Shown here piece by piece: positions 48,701 through 57,034 of a stretch of 64,000 nt of DNA. How positions within the stretch are numbered: the first letter of the stretch is position 1; each line of letters begins with the position of its first letter. A program made the position numbers and the translations under genes. The notes below the pieces were generated by a model that saw only the letters and a list, made by a program, of their open reading frames with translations, was not told the origin of the DNA and made no database searches. Source of the DNA: an uncultured Actinomycetota bacterium (GTDB taxonomy: Bacteria > Actinomycetota > Actinomycetes > JAFAQI01); contig CAVYQE010000008.1 of assembly GCA_963770565.1 (NCBI GenBank), positions 128,001 to 192,000 on the forward strand. The letters run 5' to 3'.

Positions 48701-49331
48701 TGATGCGACCGGGCCGTTCACCTCGATGGCCGACCTGGCACACCGGGTCGGCCTGTCGAGTGATCAGGTCGAGGCGCTCGCGACCGCCGGTGCCTTCGAC
48801 GGTTTCGGGGTCGCCCGCCGCGAGGCGCTGTGGACCGCGGGCGCAGCGGCCGCGGTGCGACCGGGCCAGTTCGACCTGGTCGCGGTCGACGAGACCGCGA
48901 CACCACAACTGCCGGAGATGACCGAGCCGGAGCAGATGATCGCCGATCTGTGGGCGACCGGTGTCACGGCCGATCACTATCCGACCGCATTGGTCCGCGA
49001 CCGGCTCGACTCGCTCGGTGTCATCACCGCCGCGGGGCTGCGACAGGTCGCCGACCACACCCGGGTGACGGTCGGGGGGATCGTCACGCACCGGCAGCGA
49101 CCGGCGACCGCCCGCGGGGTCACCTTCATCAACCTCGAGGACGAGACCGGGATGGTCAATGTCATCTGCTCGCTGCAGGTGTGGGGGAGATACCGGGTGA
49201 CCGCGCGAAGCTCGGCGGCGCTGCTGATCCGCGGCATGCTGCAGCACTCCGAGGGCGTGGTCAACGTCATGGCCGAGCGGATCGAGCGGCTGCCGCTCGG
49301 GGTGCGCCCGAGCGCCCGCAACTTCCGCTAG
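45780..49331 (+). CDS. dnaE2: Error-prone DNA polymerase DnaE2
   Basis: MGWENPP..W.ELER N-terminus, PHP motif YAELHAHS.FS, GRGSAA.S, PPDIDVD, HLGIHSGG and a C-terminal SARNFR motif. Confidence 0.96.
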   Translation: MGWENPPIPWRELERRLSGRPAPAGPNAAPPAGPDVKPPAGPNAAPPAGPDVTPPAGSNAAPPAGPDATPPAGPNSVAGGRSAGEVGGDGGDSVAWSRHRPAYEPVPLVRPDRTVPYAELHAHSSFSHLDGASLPEEMVEEGVRLGLSGLALTDHNGMYGVVRFAEAAQRFDLPTIYGAELSLDLSVPTTSAQRSVGARSGMTDPTGRHLLVLARDPAGYASLCRAISAAQRRGGAKGHPVYDLDELTDLAAGQWLVLTGCRKGAVRAALETADFGSFALDPARAALAELVTRFGRDNVAVELSYARDPLADERYDALALLADEQHLPVVATTAAHYHGPARRPLATAMAAVRARRSLPELDGWLPAWADQQLRTGEEMAQRFARWPGAVPAAARLGAELAFSIHLIAPDLPPFPVPPGHTEMTYLRELSMRGAAKRYGPRGPDTEKAYAQIEHELVVIEELKFPGYFLVVWDIVRFARESGILCQGRGSAACSAVCYALEITAVDAVRYELLFERFLAAERGEPPDIDVDIESGRREEVIQYVYTLHGRDHAAQVANVITYRPRSALRDVAKALGYSTGQQDAWSKQIEHGFTTSVIAQSEDNPVPPKVLELAEELRNTPRHLGIHSGGMVICDRPIVEVCPVEWGRMPGRTVLQWDKDDCAAIGLVKFDLLGLGMLSALRYSFELIADWYGVTYDLDSIPKEAPCVYDMVCEADTVGVFQIESRAQMATLPRLRPRCFYDLVIEVALIRPGPIQGDSVHPYIRRRHGREPVTYPHPALADALGRTLGIPLFQEQLMQVAVAAANFTPSEADQLRRAMGSKRSDARIEALRQRLYDGMAGNGITGAPADEIFDKIRAFAAFGFAESHAISFALLVYASSWLKLHYPAAFCAALINAQPMGFYSPQSLVADARRHGVETRQPDINVSLAGAGLEPGEGRSQCACLDAPQPAVRLGLSSVRTIGDDLADRIVADRDATGPFTSMADLAHRVGLSSDQVEALATAGAFDGFGVARREALWTAGAAAAVRPGQFDLVAVDETATPQLPEMTEPEQMIADLWATGVTADHYPTALVRDRLDSLGVITAAGLRQVADHTRVTVGGIVTHRQRPATARGVTFINLEDETGMVNVICSLQVWGRYRVTARSSAALLIRGMLQHSEGVVNVMAERIERLPLGVRPSARNFR
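45843..46010 (+). repeat. In-frame 24-bp tandem repeat (7 copies) in the dnaE2 5' region
   Basis: Encodes alternating (P/A)PAG(P/S)NAA and PPAGPD(V/A)(K/T) units. Confidence 0.92.
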
Positions 49332-49334
49332 GAA

Positions 49335-50246
49335 CTACTGCCTCGCCGGCTCGGCGATCCGCTCGGGAACCGGCTCGGCGCGCACCCACGGCCGGGCAAG
49401 ACCCAGCCAGACCAGGAACACCGCGCCGAGGACCGACACCAGGGCCCAGCCGAGCGCGTCGGTGCCGACCCCGACGTACTTCAGACCCGAGGCGAAGATC
49501 ACGAAGGTGATGGCCGGGCGGATGTACTTGTCCGGAGCGCGTGAGGACAGCACCGACCCGACCAGTACGGCGGGGACGCTGCCGATGATCAGCGACGTCG
49601 TCACCGCGAACTCGACGTGGCCGAAGGCGACTGCGCCCAGCGCGGCAGCCATGGTCAGCGGCAGCGCCTGGGCCAGGTCGGTGCCGACCAGCTGATTGGC
49701 GCCAAGCATCGGATAGAGGAAGAGCAACAGCACGATCATCAGCGAGCCCGAGCCCACCGAGGTCATGCCGACGACGAGACCGCCGATCATGCCGATCGCG
49801 ACCGTGCGCACCGGATGGACGACGATGTCGTTGACCACCCCTTGGCGGGTGTGACCGGCCCGCCGGTCGAGGACGAAGCGCAGGACCATCGCGGCCGCGC
49901 CGAGCAGCAGCGCCGCCCCGAGGATCCGCTCGATGTTGTCCTGGTCGGTGCTCGAGTCGCCGAGCTCGTGCAACAGGAACGATCCGAGGAACGCCATCGG
50001 CACCGACCCGGAGGCCATTAGGGTCACTAGCCGCATGTTCACCGTGCCCTTGCGGAAGTGCACGAGTGCGCCCAGCGGTCGCATCACGACCGCAGCCACC
50101 AGGTCGCTCGAGATCGCCTTGAGCGGGGTGACATTGAACAGCAGGATCAGCATCGGGGTCATCAGCGCGCCACCGCCGGCGCCGGTCATCCCCACCAGCA
50201 AGCCGACCACCGCACTGCCCAGCACGATGTAGGGGTCGACGTGCAT
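49335..50246 (-). CDS. TauE/SafE family sulfite exporter
   Basis: VGMTGAGGGALMTP, AISSDL, VGMTSVGSGSL and LVGTDL motifs in a two-fold internal repeat. Confidence 0.9.
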   Translation of the reverse strand: MHVDPYIVLGSAVVGLLVGMTGAGGGALMTPMLILLFNVTPLKAISSDLVAAVVMRPLGALVHFRKGTVNMRLVTLMASGSVPMAFLGSFLLHELGDSSTDQDNIERILGAALLLGAAAMVLRFVLDRRAGHTRQGVVNDIVVHPVRTVAIGMIGGLVVGMTSVGSGSLMIVLLLFLYPMLGANQLVGTDLAQALPLTMAAALGAVAFGHVEFAVTTSLIIGSVPAVLVGSVLSSRAPDKYIRPAITFVIFASGLKYVGVGTDALGWALVSVLGAVFLVWLGLARPWVRAEPVPERIAEPARQ

Positions 50247-50264
50247 GCCGCTCTCCGATCATTG

Positions 50265-50327
50265 TTGACCAACTTTGTCGAGAACCATACCACGCGAACG
50301 CGGCTAGTCGACCAACTTTGTGTAGAA
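50265..50327. promoter_or_regulatory. Two direct repeats upstream of the TauE gene (candidate operator)
   Basis: TTGACCAACTTTGTCGAGAA (50265) and TCGACCAACTTTGTGTAGAA (50308), AT-rich against the background. Confidence 0.6.
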
Positions 50328-50512
50328 TAATTGACCGGCGGGTCGGATTACCCCGTTTCGGTCCCAAACCTGTTAGCCTCTTAGGTGCAGGTCGCAGTTC
50401 TCGTTGTGCTTAGCTCGCGGGATCTCTCCCGCGAGCTTGTTGCTTTTCGTCGAAGAGCACTCGCGGCGACCGAGTCCCGTACAGCGGGGCGAACCCAGTC
50501 AAGGACACAGCA

Positions 50513-50716
50513 ATGGCACAAGGCACCGTCAAATGGTTCAACGGCGAAAAGGGCTACGGCTTCATCGCCCCGGCCGACGGAAGTCCGGACGTCTTCGTCC
50601 ACTTCTCCGCAATCCAGTCCGACGGCTACAAGACCCTCGATGAGGGCGCGACCGTCGAGTTCGACACCACCCAGGGCCAAAAGGGCCCGCAGGCTGAGAA
50701 CGTGCGAGTCGTCTGA
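50513..50716 (+). CDS. cspA: Cold-shock protein
   Basis: [15 protein letters not shown] (RNP1), DVFVHFSAI (RNP2) and GPQAENV. Confidence 0.96.
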   Translation: MAQGTVKWFNGEKGYGFIAPADGSPDVFVHFSAIQSDGYKTLDEGATVEFDTTQGQKGPQAENVRVV

Positions 50717-50739
50717 GCCTGTCGACCGATCGGTCGACG

Positions 50740-50787
50740 ACAGCGCCGCCCCCGCCCGAACAGGGTCGGGGGGCGGCGCTGTTTTTT
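50740..50787 (+). terminator. Rho-independent terminator of cspA
   Basis: ACAGCGCCGCCCCC...GGGGGCGGCGCTGT stem followed by a T run. Confidence 0.9.
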
Positions 50788-50963
50788 CTCTCCGGGGGTC
50801 GTTCGGCCCGGGTCGCTGGACCATTCGGCGGCACGATTTGTGGCGTTCGCTCAGAGATTTCTCAGTGTTTCCCCGGATCGTTCAAGCCCTTCAGGTTCCG
50901 CACCGACACTTGAGCCAGACAGTCCGTCGCGGGCTGCAAATTCGGCGGGCCGGAGGCACCTGA

Positions 50964-51692
50964 GTGAGCGCTCTTAGTGCGGTTGCGCCGGCCCCTCCGG
51001 AGCTGGTCGTCGCGGTCGCCGACGGGCACTCAACCGGCGCGGACGCAAGCTCGGAGCGCCCGAAGCTCGCCGCGATCATGCGCCACCTTGGCCTCAGCAT
51101 CCTGATGGCGAATGTGATCCCGAGCGTCTTGTTCTACTTCTGCCTCGTGGCCGGCAACGTCTGGACCGCCTTGATCGTCGCGCTGGTGTGGTGCTACGGA
51201 TCGATGGCATGGCGATGGGGCACCCGTCGCCGGGCTTCCGGGCTGCTGTTGCTCACCGTGGTCGGCCTCACGGCCAAGACGGTGCTCGCGCTCGCCAGCG
51301 GAAGCACCTTCCTCTACTTCTTGCAGCCTGCCATCACCGACGGGGCACTGGCCGCGTTGTTCCTGGTCTCACTGACCACCGCCCGCCCGGTCGTCGCTCG
51401 GCTGGCCGGCGACTTCTACCCGCTCAGCGCCGACATCGCGGCGCGGCCGCGGATCCAGCGGCTGTTCTGGCATCTGACGCTGTTCTGGGCGGTGATCTGC
51501 CTGGTGAAGTCCGTGGTGACGGTCTGGTTGCTCGAGTCCTTCCCGCTGGTCACGTTCGTGGCGCTGAAGGAGATCGTGATCCTGGCGATGATCGCGATCG
51601 GCACCGGCGTGACCGTGACCGCGGCCGTCCGGGTCGCCCGGTCCGAGGGGCTGCTGCACATGCCCGCTCGGATATTGCACGCTACGTCGTAG
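50964..51692 (+). CDS. VC0807/DUF3159-like membrane protein
   Basis: About 6 TMs, YFLQP, SL...RP.V.RLA.DF and LT..W motifs; GGAGG RBS. Confidence 0.7.
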   Translation: MSALSAVAPAPPELVVAVADGHSTGADASSERPKLAAIMRHLGLSILMANVIPSVLFYFCLVAGNVWTALIVALVWCYGSMAWRWGTRRRASGLLLLTVVGLTAKTVLALASGSTFLYFLQPAITDGALAALFLVSLTTARPVVARLAGDFYPLSADIAARPRIQRLFWHLTLFWAVICLVKSVVTVWLLESFPLVTFVALKEIVILAMIAIGTGVTVTAAVRVARSEGLLHMPARILHATS

Positions 51693-51825
51693 TAACTGCG
51701 GCTTCGTACCTTCTGTCCTACCCCATCGGGCGATCAACGCACGTCCGTGCGGCTCCGATTGACCACCTATGCGGATCCGGCGCCAGCCGCCGCGCTCGTG
51801 TGGTCAACCAGAAGGACCCGTACAC

Positions 51826-53238
51826 ATGCACGTCAGCTCCCTGGTGGGACGGATCGCGGTGAGCGCGGGTCTGCTGGGTGCCGTTTTGACGGGGCCGCTC
51901 GGGCTGACCCACAGCGCGGCGGCCGGGTCGGGCCGGCATCTGGTCTACTGCTACGGCACAGTGGCCAGGGTCGACGACGGCGACACGGTCGACGTGCACC
52001 TGACCAGCGCCTGCCCCGGTGGCCTGAAGGGCCACCTGATCGTCGTGCGCAACGCGGGGATCCAGGCGACCGAGATCGCGCACGGTAGCGCCAAGGCGGA
52101 GTGCTGGAGCGCCGAGGGCCACGGCCTGTTCCGCTCGCTCATGCACCACGGCCAGCAGGTGCGGTTGTCGTCGTACTTCGCGACGCCGGCGCCCGACAGC
52201 GGTTCGAGGGGCATCGCGCGTTGGCGGAAGTACGTCGATGCCTGGATCGGCGGCCGATGGGTGGACGTGCAGGCGGCTGAGCTTCTGGCCGGCGACGCGA
52301 TGTGGAAACAGGAGCCCGTCGAGACGGCGCACCTCGCCGAGTACATGCGGGACGAGCAAGAGGCGATGGACGGCCAGGTCGGCATGTGGGGGAGCACCGA
52401 CCACTGCTCGGACGGCTACGACCAGAGCGCGCAATTCGAGTCGTGGATCGTGTGGAAGACCGACGGTCCGGACAGCGGCGCGACGGCGTACGAAGAGTCC
52501 TTCGATGTGAAGAACGTCGGGACGACGAGCGTGGATCTGTCCGGGTGGAAGATCCGGGACGGTTCGCATCACTTTGCGGGTGGGACCGATCGCGACGTGA
52601 GTGCTCAACGCACCTACTTGGTCCTGCCGCAGGGCACCGTGCTCCCACCCGGCCGGACGCTCGTCGTCCATCCGTCCCATGGCAGGAGCAAGCCGTCGAA
52701 GTTCGTCTTCTACAACAACGGGCATGTGTGGACCGGTCGCGGGCGGAACTACTTCCCGAACGCGCCGATGGGTCATGGCGGGCTCGGGGCCCATCCCGAT
52801 CAGGCCTACCCGGATGGCTCGCAGCTGTTCCTCCTCGACCCGGCACTCGATTTCCGCGCGTGGGCGACGTACCCGTGTGTGTATCGATGTGCGGTGCCGG
52901 CTCCACTCACGATCTGGGCGCAGCCGGGCGTTCGCGACCACAACCGGGAGTACGTGACGATCCATAACCCGACCAGCGACCTGGTCGACTTGACCGGCGA
53001 TGTGGTGGACATGGATGGGCGGACGCTGAACCTGTCCGGCGACCTTGCAGCCGATGCGACCATGAGAATCCATTGCAGGGGCAACGGTCGCACCACTGCC
53101 CTCAACCGGTACTGGGACGATCTGTCCCACCAGCTGCCGAATGCCGGCGGCACGATCTGGCTGCGCACCGCGACTGACGTGACGATCAGCACGTTCTCGT
53201 GGGGCAACCGCGGCAACTACAACTATTACAAGGGTTGA
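51826..53238 (+). CDS. Secreted thermonuclease (SNase-like) protein with two lamin-tail domains
   Basis: Signal peptide, VARVDDGDTVDV and R.AGI.A.E SNase motifs, LTD motifs E.F.VKN.G...VDLSGWKIRD and EYVTIHNPTSDLVDLTG. Confidence 0.8.
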   Translation: MHVSSLVGRIAVSAGLLGAVLTGPLGLTHSAAAGSGRHLVYCYGTVARVDDGDTVDVHLTSACPGGLKGHLIVVRNAGIQATEIAHGSAKAECWSAEGHGLFRSLMHHGQQVRLSSYFATPAPDSGSRGIARWRKYVDAWIGGRWVDVQAAELLAGDAMWKQEPVETAHLAEYMRDEQEAMDGQVGMWGSTDHCSDGYDQSAQFESWIVWKTDGPDSGATAYEESFDVKNVGTTSVDLSGWKIRDGSHHFAGGTDRDVSAQRTYLVLPQGTVLPPGRTLVVHPSHGRSKPSKFVFYNNGHVWTGRGRNYFPNAPMGHGGLGAHPDQAYPDGSQLFLLDPALDFRAWATYPCVYRCAVPAPLTIWAQPGVRDHNREYVTIHNPTSDLVDLTGDVVDMDGRTLNLSGDLAADATMRIHCRGNGRTTALNRYWDDLSHQLPNAGGTIWLRTATDVTISTFSWGNRGNYNYYKG

Positions 53239-53293
53239 GCGCCCGGGTTCCAGCCCAGGTTGACCGGTCGGTGGGCTGGGTAGCCTGACCTTT

Positions 53294-55357
53294 GTGGATC
53301 ATCAGCGTGGCGGTCGGGTTGCCGTCAGCGTGGTCGTTCCGGTCCACAATCCCGGCAAGTTCATCGAGACGTGTATCGACTCCTTGCTCGGGCAGAGCCT
53401 GGCCCGCGATCAGTTCGAAGTGATCTTCGTCGATGACGGTTCGACCGACGAGACTCCGGCCCGGTTGGATGAGGTGGCGGCGAGAGAGTCGAACGTCACC
53501 GTCATCCACGAGCCCGCATCTGGCTGGCCCGGCCGGCCACGCAACATCGGCATCGACCGCGCCGTCGGTGACTACGTCTTCTTCTGCGACCACGATGACT
53601 GGCTCGGCCCCGAGGCGCTGGAGCGGATGGTCGCGTACGCCGACACCTGTGGCGCCGACATCCTGATCGGCAAGACGATCGGCCATCGACGCGGTGTGCC
53701 GCGCGACCTGTTCCGTGCCAATGAGCCCGACGCGACGCTGTGGACCAAGCCGCTGATGACGAGCTTGTCACCGCACAAGTTGTTCCGGCGCGCGTTCCTC
53801 GACGAACACGCGCTGCGGTTCCCGGAGGGCAAGCGCCGACTGGAAGACCACGTGTTGGTCGTTCAGGCCTACTTCCTCGCCAATCGGATCGCGGTGTTGA
53901 GCGACTACGTCTGCTATCACCACATCCGCCGCGACGACGATCTCAACGCGGCCTACACGCCGATCGATCCGCCGAGCTACTTCGGATATGTGCGCGAGGT
54001 GCTCGACATCATCGAGGCGCACACCGAGCCCGGGCCGCTGCGTGACCACGTCCTGGAGCGCCCGTTCCGGCAGGAGCTGCTCGGCCGGATCGCCCGGCCG
54101 CGACCGGTCGGCACGGCACCCGAGGGCTACGACGAGGCGGTGTTCAACGAGGTTCGCGCAGTGATGCTTGAGCGCTTCCCGCCCGACTTCGCCGACCGGC
54201 TGCCACTGATCGCGCGTGTCCGCGCGGCAATCGTGCGCGACGACCGGTACTCCGTGCTCGCCGACCTGAGTGCGCGGATCGCTGACCTTCAAGGTCGCGT
54301 CGTCATGACCTCGTTGCGCTGGGAGCGCGGTGGTTGGCAAGCCGGGATCGAGGTGGAGGCCGAGTTCGCCGACGGCACGCCGTTGCGCTTCATTCGTCGC
54401 GATGACGACCGGTGGTCGGTCGATCCGCGACTGCTGCCTGCCGATCTGCGAGCTGCACATGATGTCGGCACTTCGGAACTGCTCGGGATCAGGCCGTCGG
54501 TGGTCGTGGTCGAGCGGTCGAGCGACGAGGAGTGGTTCGTACCCGCGCAACTCGTGGCTGATTCGCGCGCCATCCCTGACGATCCCGATGGCGCGCATCG
54601 GGTCGTGGTGACCGGCGCCGCGGAGTTCGATCCGAGCACGCTGGCCGGCGGCCGGGCGCTGGCGAACGGCATCTGGGATGTGACGGTGCGGTTCTCCTGC
54701 ATCGGGGTGGACCTGAGGGGCCGGATCGGCATCGAGCCGACGACTCGCCCGGCGCTGCCGAGCGCGGCGGTCATCGGGCCGCGACCGGTGACGGTCATTC
54801 CGTATCTCACCGAGACCAACGAGAACTTCAGCCTGGATGTCGGCCAGCGCGTCCACACCCTGCTGGCCGCGTTGCTGGCCCGCCCGATCGGGCCGGTCAG
54901 CGTCAGGCGCGAGTACTTCTCGGCTCGGGTCGATGTCGACATCGCGCCCGGTGCCTCGTCGCGGTCGCTGCGGCTGCAACTGCTGGGCGGCGACACCGTG
55001 GTCGGCCACTGCGAGGCCGCGATCGTGGCGGACGGCGAGACTGCCGCGCTTCGCGGTGGCACGGTGCCCAAACCGGCCGGCGGGGTCTTGCGGCGGCTGC
55101 ACGGCCCGGGGCAGTACACGTTGGGTGCGCAGTCACGGGCTAAGGACGAGCCGTCACTCGTCGGGACGGTCGATGTCAACCGCTTCGGCAGAATCGTCGC
55201 GGCCGACTTCAGCCCTGAGCGCCGCGACTCGGTGGTGCCGCTGCCGGAGGGGTTCGGCGAGGTAACGCCGGTCGACCGTGCCGTCGAACGCGCGCGGCAC
55301 GTCGCCGGCCGGGCGGTGCGCGGCGCGCGCCGGCCTGGCCCCCGTCAGCCCAGGTAA
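53294..55357 (+). CDS. GT2 glycosyltransferase (TarS-like) with long C-terminal extension
   Basis: VSVVVPVHN, FVDDGSTD, SGWPGRPRNIG, FCDHDD and RRLEDH motifs; leaderless start (TAGCCT + 7 nt + GTG). Confidence 0.88.
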   Translation: MDHQRGGRVAVSVVVPVHNPGKFIETCIDSLLGQSLARDQFEVIFVDDGSTDETPARLDEVAARESNVTVIHEPASGWPGRPRNIGIDRAVGDYVFFCDHDDWLGPEALERMVAYADTCGADILIGKTIGHRRGVPRDLFRANEPDATLWTKPLMTSLSPHKLFRRAFLDEHALRFPEGKRRLEDHVLVVQAYFLANRIAVLSDYVCYHHIRRDDDLNAAYTPIDPPSYFGYVREVLDIIEAHTEPGPLRDHVLERPFRQELLGRIARPRPVGTAPEGYDEAVFNEVRAVMLERFPPDFADRLPLIARVRAAIVRDDRYSVLADLSARIADLQGRVVMTSLRWERGGWQAGIEVEAEFADGTPLRFIRRDDDRWSVDPRLLPADLRAAHDVGTSELLGIRPSVVVVERSSDEEWFVPAQLVADSRAIPDDPDGAHRVVVTGAAEFDPSTLAGGRALANGIWDVTVRFSCIGVDLRGRIGIEPTTRPALPSAAVIGPRPVTVIPYLTETNENFSLDVGQRVHTLLAALLARPIGPVSVRREYFSARVDVDIAPGASSRSLRLQLLGGDTVVGHCEAAIVADGETAALRGGTVPKPAGGVLRRLHGPGQYTLGAQSRAKDEPSLVGTVDVNRFGRIVAADFSPERRDSVVPLPEGFGEVTPVDRAVERARHVAGRAVRGARRPGPRQPR

Positions 55358-56151
55358 CCCCAGTTGCGACAGGCCGGGCGCAGTTCCTCCGGGATCTCCT
55401 GGTCGGCGGGCAGGACGAGCTCGCTGTCGATTCGGCCCGATCGGATCTTCGCGCTCCAGTCGCCGATCCGGGGCTTAAACGGGCCGTGGTCGACCGATCC
55501 GTAGTCGATCATCGCCCGCTCCCACGGCACCCCTAGATGGGCGCAGATCTCGGTCGTGATCCGCGCCGGCTCTTTGACCAGGTCTTCGTAGTGGATCGTG
55601 ATGCCCGGCAGCGCGTTGCGCGCCTCGTCGATCTTCTGCGTGTATTCGACCACCCGCGCACGGACGTCGGCGAGCACCGGGTCCTTGCGGGCCCGATACA
55701 GCGAGTCCGCGATCGCGGCCGGGTGCCGCAGCAGGAACACGTAGCGCGCCTTGGGCCACGCTTCCTGCAGCCGCTCCCAGGCGAAGACGGCGTTCGGCGT
55801 CTTGTCGACGATGATCGACTTCCCGCTGGCAACCAGTTCGCGGTGGAGCACTCGGTCCCACAACAGGTATTCGAGGCGTCGTTCGTCGAGCCCGATCTGG
55901 CGCATCGACTCCGCTCCGTACCGCTGGTCGATCCGCACCCGCAGCGTGCGCAGATGCAGCTCGTGCGGCGCACAGATCATCGAGTGGCTGTTGAGGATGA
56001 CGCGCAGCAGGGTCGAGCCCGATCGCACCGAGGTCAGGATGAATGTGGGCTGCTCGACCAGCCGATCGACCCGCTTGTGCGGACCAGTCGAGCGCAGTGA
56101 TCCGACCCGCGTGAGCCGGTATCCGGTGGCTCGGGCGATCGCCTGGTTCAC
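55345..56151 (-). CDS. Sulfotransferase family protein
   Basis: PTFIL..VRSGSTLLR..LNSH (5'-PSB loop), DKTP, LLRHP...S and YEDLV.EP motifs. Confidence 0.88.
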   Translation of the reverse strand: MNQAIARATGYRLTRVGSLRSTGPHKRVDRLVEQPTFILTSVRSGSTLLRVILNSHSMICAPHELHLRTLRVRIDQRYGAESMRQIGLDERRLEYLLWDRVLHRELVASGKSIIVDKTPNAVFAWERLQEAWPKARYVFLLRHPAAIADSLYRARKDPVLADVRARVVEYTQKIDEARNALPGITIHYEDLVKEPARITTEICAHLGVPWERAMIDYGSVDHGPFKPRIGDWSAKIRSGRIDSELVLPADQEIPEELRPACRNWGYLG

Positions 56152-56338
56152 CAGCTGCTTCGCGGGTTGGCCTGGCCGGTCCTTGGCGATGACCCGGTAC
56201 CTCTCGTTCGTCTGACGCGAGCCGGTGGTTGATCGGCGCCATCGTATCGAGCCGAACGGAGACCTTTGCTCGACAACGACCCATGCCTATGTAATACGTT
56301 GGCACGTCACACGGTCGGGGTCGGAGGTAGGAGGCGTC

Positions 56339-57034
56339 GTGCGCGTTGGTCGACGGGTTCCACTGGTGTTGGCGAGCGCGATCGCACTCGCACTCGCCCT
56401 GGTGGGGGGTGTCGCCGTCGCCGTGACGTCGCATTCGCCCGGTGCGAAGGCCTGCGTGACGTCGAGCGGCGTACTGCGGCTGCGGGTCGGCGGGAAGTGC
56501 GCGAGCGGTCAGACCGCCGTCGCGCTCGGTGCCCAAGGCCCACAAGGGGTGGCTGGCGCGCGAGGTGCACGCGGTGCGGTCGGCCCGCGAGGTCCCAAGG
56601 GCAACACCGGCCCGGCCGGGACCGCGCAACGGGTGAACTTCAGCCAGGTCACGCCGGAGGCCAGCAGCGTCTCGCACGCGCTCGCCACCGCCGGTCCCGT
56701 GACGCTGCTGGCGTCGTGCCAGGGCACCGCGCTCTCCACGACGTCGCTGGTGCTGTCGGTCAACGGCGGCACCGACCCGCTCAGCTTCACCGCTAACGGG
56801 GTGTCCAGGGACAACGGCGCCGGCCCGGTTGTCGCGGTCGACCACGGCACGACGGTGTCGCTGCAGACCACTGCGCTGCCGACGATCACCACCCCGGACT
56901 CGCTGTCGGACGTGATCACGATCGTGATCGGAGCTACTAGCGGCGCCGAAGTCACCGGCACGCTCGATGTTGAGCTGAGCACCGCGGCCGACACGCCGGT
57001 CTGCACCGTCGACGGAACGCTGGCGGCAGCGTGA
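56339..57034 (+). CDS. Exported protein with a collagen-like (Gly-X-Y) segment
   Basis: GGAGG RBS, signal/anchor helix, AC...G.LRL....C module, then GAQGPQGVAGARGARGAVGPRGPKGNTGPAG and a beta-rich C-terminal domain. Confidence 0.8.
   Translation: MRVGRRVPLVLASAIALALALVGGVAVAVTSHSPGAKACVTSSGVLRLRVGGKCASGQTAVALGAQGPQGVAGARGARGAVGPRGPKGNTGPAGTAQRVNFSQVTPEASSVSHALATAGPVTLLASCQGTALSTTSLVLSVNGGTDPLSFTANGVSRDNGAGPVVAVDHGTTVSLQTTALPTITTPDSLSDVITIVIGATSGAEVTGTLDVELSTAADTPVCTVDGTLAAA

Noticed and set aside
56500-56630. Collagen repeat as a prophage tail fibre
   Set aside because: The protein has a signal peptide, and there are no phage genes or integrase nearby.
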